Source: Chrysomallon squamiferum (Eukaryota > Animalia > Mollusca). From it: DNA of 64,000 bases. The notes beneath the pieces are model-generated. The model was not told where the DNA came from and searched no databases. It saw nothing but the letters and a program-made list of their open reading frames with translations. Positions 59,044 through 64,000 of the stretch are shown in pieces (position 1 is the stretch's first letter; the number at the start of each line of letters is the position of its first letter). The position numbers were made by a program, and so were the translations under genes. The stretch is from contig CM022676.1 in assembly GCA_012295275.1 (NCBI GenBank), positions 1,736,001-1,800,000 on the forward strand, in the 5' to 3' direction.

Positions 59044-59616
59044 TTTTGTTATTACTGTTGACCCCAGATTTCACAGACCTCACTTAATCTACTTATAACC
59101 CACTTTCCATCAAGGTAATAGTAGATTTTTCAGTTAGACCCATAACCATCTTAACCTAACAAATTTCACCCAACCCATCACACTTTTTTCTACTGTACAT
59201 TTTTCTTTACATAATTTATACCGTATAACATAACTACATAATCAACAGAATGGATTTGAAAGAAATGGGTCTGAGTAATGTTTTCAGCGGTTTCTGCTGT
59301 TACTTGGAAATGAGCTCCACAAACTCGGTGCAGCATACTGAAACATCTTTGGCTCTGTGTAGTTGCTCGTATAAGTTGAGTTGCGATGCATCCAAGTCTC
59401 GATGTCTTTGAGGTAGTTTTTTGTTCTTCCCGTCCCGTGCTGCCCCTTATTAGTCCGTGAAAGCGACGGTCAACAGGTTTACTTATTAATTTATTAATTT
59501 GATTGAAGAACATACGAAATCTTTTGATCTCTAAACTCTCTTTTTTAGTTTAAAAAGTGTTTTCTTCTTCCCTCTAAATTGGCTTGTAAACAATATATAT
59601 TTGAGTTAAATCATTA

Positions 59617-62600
59617 TTAGAAGCTAAAACTATCAATTAGACCTGATGATAAATCAGTATTACTGAAACCTTCTTCAGCAAAGAAAAGCATGTTAGGCAA
59701 CGTAATGACATCGTCATTATCATTGTCTGAAAAATTAATGTCAGTAAAATCTGCCAATGACAGAAACATCTGATTTTCCTTCAAATTCAAATGATCGTTA
59801 TCAGCGAAATAACTGATGTTTTCCAGAACTACCTCAATATCATTGTATAGCTTTCTTTCAAAATTCTGAAAATATAAATAATCATCCCCAATTCCCCAGC
59901 TCGTCTTTTGTGTTTCCATGTTACAGGTTACATCAAACAGAAAGTTTATAACACTTGCTTCTGTGTTGACGTCACCAAAAGAATTAATATTAAAAACCAA
60001 ATTTTTCCTTTCTGTATTATTTTTAAAATAATCCTGTTGATTGTAATCATTAATAAGCGAAGATTCAGATTGAAGATATTCATCACTGTGAGAGTTGCTT
60101 CTCATTTCATGCTTATCTCTATAAAATATTTCATCTTCTAGGAATGACAAAGATTCCATGTTTTCATGAAAATCAGACTTGTCATGTTTGTTAAAAAATG
60201 ATGCGAAATCGTTTTCTAAATAAAAATATTCTGCATAATTATTTTTATTTTTATTAAGAACCAAGTAATTATTCTCATTTTTCTGAAAGAGGGAACTGCT
60301 ATATCTGCTGTTTGTATTTGATTCGCAGTTACTTTCAAATGAATTCTGTATTTCAGTTTCATAATAAATTCCAAAATTATTTAACAAAAATGCATTACTA
60401 TCCAACACAAACGTGTATTCGGCTGTATCATTGTCCAGTAATAAGTTATCATTTGATGAATAGTTTTTACAGTTAAAATAGGTATCGTCAATATTAATCC
60501 TAAAATAATTTTCAAAATTCCTGGTTTTAAAGGAATCGGTTTCATCAGCTAAGTCGTCTTCATAATAGTTATTAGCCACAAGATATTCTTCAAAATTATC
60601 GTCTGTATCTAAACTAATTTGTTTGTTGTGATCTTCTAGCAAGCTAATTTCAAACTGATTGTTTTCAAAGCTGTCGTCTAGTTTGTCCGTTTTACTGTTA
60701 GTTAAATCGTTTGTTTCAGCCTCTGTTTTATCCTTACCGAGGTATTTTATAACATACGAGGTTCCGTAATTCAGTAAAATGATTTCACTTTCTAAGATGT
60801 CAAGATCTATTTCGATATGCTCGACAAAAAAGAGATAAGACATGTCACTGAAAATTCTATTTATGTCAGTAGATATGTCAATTAAAATATTATTTCTGTT
60901 ATTAAATTCATTCACCATGTAGTCTTGTCTTGAATCACAGTTCACATTGTTGTCAGAGTGATAATATTCACATCTGACACAACGTGAAAAACATGGTTTC
61001 CTCCAGTGACAAATCGCCCAGTCTGGGTAACACACCCAGTAATAATAACACAAATTATCTTCTTCATTTTCTGGTTTTTGTGAAGACGTAGAAGTTGTGG
61101 GTGATACGTCACTGACAGGCGAATAAGTAAAACTAGTAGCAGAGGTGGGACTGGTTGATGATGTAACAAATGTGGCTGATGTAACTGATATAACGCACGT
61201 ATTAGAAAATGTTGTGCATTGTTTGATATCATCATCCCAATTCAGGCCAGGTGTGCATAAACGATTGTCAATCATGTAACTGTTTGTACACGTGAGGTAA
61301 ACGTCACATCCGTTGCAAGACTGATAGTCTCCGTCTGCCAATCCTTTGCAACTACTGATACAGCTGACATGGGGCTGTCCTGATGTTAGCGAGGTAGTGT
61401 CAGACTGATCACTGGTCCGTGATGTCAGGCTGGTCGGGGAAGTAAAACATGTTACTGATGAAATTACACAGTGTCCTAAATTTGAGTCAAAGTTTAGTCC
61501 TCCAGGACACTGCCTGTTGTTGATCATGTAACCACCGGAACAAGACATGTAAAGATCACAGCTCGAACAAGACTGGTAGTCACCATCATGCTGATGTTCA
61601 CACGACATGATACAGTTTGGAGATCGTGAAGATGAACGTGGCAGTTGGCTAGCAGTTGCTGAGATGACAGTTGTCTCTGATGTATGACTTGTTGCCGTAG
61701 AAGTACTAACTTGTGGTGTGACACTCATCTGTGATGTCATGAACATTGTTGATGTCAGACATGTATTTGACGTGAATGTGCACATCCTGATAATATCATC
61801 CCAAACTGTTCCAGATACACATGGTCGTCTATCATAGGTTATTCCTGATAAGCAGGTCAAGTAAAACTTACAGCCTTCACATGATTGATAATCTCCATTC
61901 TGTAAACCCATGCAGCTTCTAACACAAAAAGGTCGTGACGTGGTAGCAGCCGTCACACTTGTTTGCGATGTAAGACTCGCTGATGACGTTAAACTCACCT
62001 CTGACGTAGCACTGGTTAATGAAGTAACACTTGTTGGGGACGCTGAACTTGTGGCTGAGGTCGGTGATGTTAGTAATGCTGCCCTGAAATCAGTAAGACA
62101 ACATTTGAAAGAGTGAGAGAGGTATTTTATAAACATCTGACAAATGGATAGCAATTATTTTTAACTGAAGATCTGACACACGGTTGAAATCGTAATTTAC
62201 CATATATCAAAGGCAACTGTTCCTATATTATTCAGTCAAATATACTCGGAATATAAAAACTGATTTATTAAACACTACTCCTATTGGTCAGTTTTACGTT
62301 TTTACCTATCATTATGACTTTTCTTCTCTTTTTTTTTTTTCACTTCTTCAAGTCCTATCTAAATAAAAACTTCATGAATGGCATATTTGAAGTCATATCT
62401 TTCCGTTTATTGCACGGATGTTAACTTGTACAAAAAAGAGTTTAGTCTCAATCGTTATGTTTCTCTGAACTTGTTTTATACACTACTTTTTACACTCATG
62501 GCGGTAGCTCTACGGACATTTTTTTCTACTGTCACGTGACATCAGTGTCTCAAATGTTGTGATCTAAAAACAGCCTCAGTTGTGATTGTATATTCCAGAC

Positions 62601-63668
62601 ATAGGCAACCTCTTTTGAGAAGCGGGCCACACAAGAAACGCTCATCTTCATGCCCGTACTAATTTAATCGATTTTGTGTTTTTACGTAGAGTTTATTTTA
62701 AGAAATTTTTCAATCTCATTTACTTCAGGAACTGTTATAATAAAAAAACTACATTTATATTAGTAGATACAAAATAGACTCATTTTATAAAATTTGAATT
62801 AACGTTATTTTCCTTGTGAAATTAGGCGGGCCACTCAGAAAGCCGCGCGGGCCGCAGTTTGCCCATGACTGGGATATCTTTTTATTTCATTTTTCTTCGG
62901 TTTTGGCAATGCCTGGGAAATAAAAATTGTAACTGATGGTAAAAGAAGTGTGTTTAATTAGTGTTATCGGGTGAAATTAAGCTTTTGGTGCTTGAAATTT
63001 GGACCAGAACATGTTACATATATGCATAAAAACTATTTTGGCAGTACAAGTAGAAGCGAAGTTATTTATTTATTTATTTATTAATTTTAATTTTAATTTT
63101 AATTTTAATTTTAATTTATTTATTTTTCTAACACAAATGAATAATTTTTTCCAACTTTGGTTTCAAATATCAATGTTAATATACTTATCAGAGTTATGAA
63201 TATTTAGAAGACACAGTGTGACATGTTATGAAATAAACTTTGTCTGAGGCAATCTCGCTTCAGAACGCGCCCTTAGAGATTTCTTCAAAATGGTAAATGT
63301 GCTAACAGCACCAAACACAATCATCACTTTGGAACTATCTGACTGACAATTGAATTTTTTGTCACTGAAATAAGGATTAAAATATCTACAATTATAGTTA
63401 GGAGTCAACCTTGTATTCTTCAAAATGAAAATCATTTTTGAGTACCTAATAATATTATATTTATTCTTATAATTTCCTTTGGTTATTGCTTCTAAAAACA
63501 TCTGATAATTCTAACATACCTTTAGCTGAATCTGCTATTGTTAAATACTTTGCAAAATATCTGATTCCTCAAACGAACATTTCTTGGTATTTAAATTCGT
63601 ACAATTTATAACTACGCTAGAATTTATAAAACTGAAATGTGATGAAACTGTTCACAAAATTTGCTTTA

Positions 63669-63707
<39 letters not shown>

Positions 63708-63946
63708 CTGTAACAACGAGAAATAGATAAATGTACGTTATTTGATTTTAAAGGTTCAGACAAACCTACAGTCGGCTAGTAAAGGAAAATTGCACACTCC
63801 TTTGAATGCATCGTATTTCAGTATCCCGGGACAGAACCGTACAATTCTGATTCGGTTGACACAGATTATAAATCGGTGACAAGAGGCACAGTCCGGATAC
63901 TGTCCTGGTAGTTCTCCCTCACAGCCAACAATACAGTCATTGTAAA
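59617..63946 (-). CDS. Chitin-binding type-2 (peritrophin-A-like) multidomain protein with Ser/Thr linkers and long acidic C-terminus; last two exons only
   Basis: Exon 63766-63946 (YNDCIVGCEGELPGQYPDCASCHRFIICVNRIRIVRFCPGILKYDAFKGVCNFPLLADC) splices in phase 2 to terminal exon 59617-62083. That exon has three more 8-Cys domains (e.g. CISSCKGLADGDYQSCNGCDVYLTCTNSYMIDNRLCTPGLNWDDDIKQCTTFSNTC), mucin-like S/T linkers and a ~440-aa D/E/N/F/Y-rich tail. The 5' exons lie beyond the window. Confidence 0.82.
62596..62871. mobile_element. hAT (Charlie-like) MITE in the chitin-binding gene intron
   Basis: TIRs CAGACATAGGCAAC and TTTGCCCATGACTG with GCGGGCC subterminal motifs at both ends. The 8-bp flanks are degenerate (5/8). 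Confidence 0.65.
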
Positions 63947-64000
63947 CTAGAAAACAACGGAAAAAAAAAAAAAAAAAAAAATAATAATAATAATAATAAT

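Noticed and set aside
59190-59513. 107-aa minus-strand ORF downstream of the chitin-binding gene
   Set aside because: No recognisable domain or splice context; likely 3' UTR or a repeat remnant.
62084-62154. N-terminal 24 residues of the 845-aa ORF as a real start
   Set aside because: They lie upstream of a good acceptor (TTTCAG at 62084-62089) that joins in phase with the 63766-63946 exon, so they are intronic.
63226-63501. 91-aa minus-strand ORF within the chitin-binding gene intron
   Set aside because: Splicing from the 63766 donor (phase 2) into the AG at 63502 hits an immediate stop; no recognisable motif.

Overview
Very AT-rich, microsatellite-rich animal genomic DNA with short spliceosomal introns. 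It is most likely a lophotrochozoan such as a mollusc, inferred from the Barx gene and the 8-Cys chitin-binding domains. Five complete genes and one 5'-truncated gene were reconstructed by hand, with every exon phase consistent: CFAP91/MAATS1 (-, 18 exons, 750 aa); a bacterial-type YdcF/DUF218 gene (+, 3 exons, 224 aa) head-to-head with it; TOMM70 (-, 12 exons, 590 aa); Barx homeobox (-, 3 exons, 224 aa); HMBS/porphobilinogen deaminase (+, 11 exons, 370 aa); and the last two exons of a multi-chitin-binding-domain protein with a long acidic tail (-). HMBS has a GC-AG intron followed directly by a U12-type intron. Introns and intergenic DNA hold decayed DNA transposons (Tigger/pogo, Tc1, a TTAA-flanked Mutator-like/Kolobok-type element, MULE- and hAT-like MITEs) and several fold-back repeats. 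The best leads are the intron-bearing bacterial-like DUF218 gene, the chitin-binding/acidic candidate biomineral matrix protein, the minor-spliceosome intron in HMBS, and a patchwork of self-copied HMBS sequence beside the intronic transposon. All calls come from reading the sequence; no searches were run.
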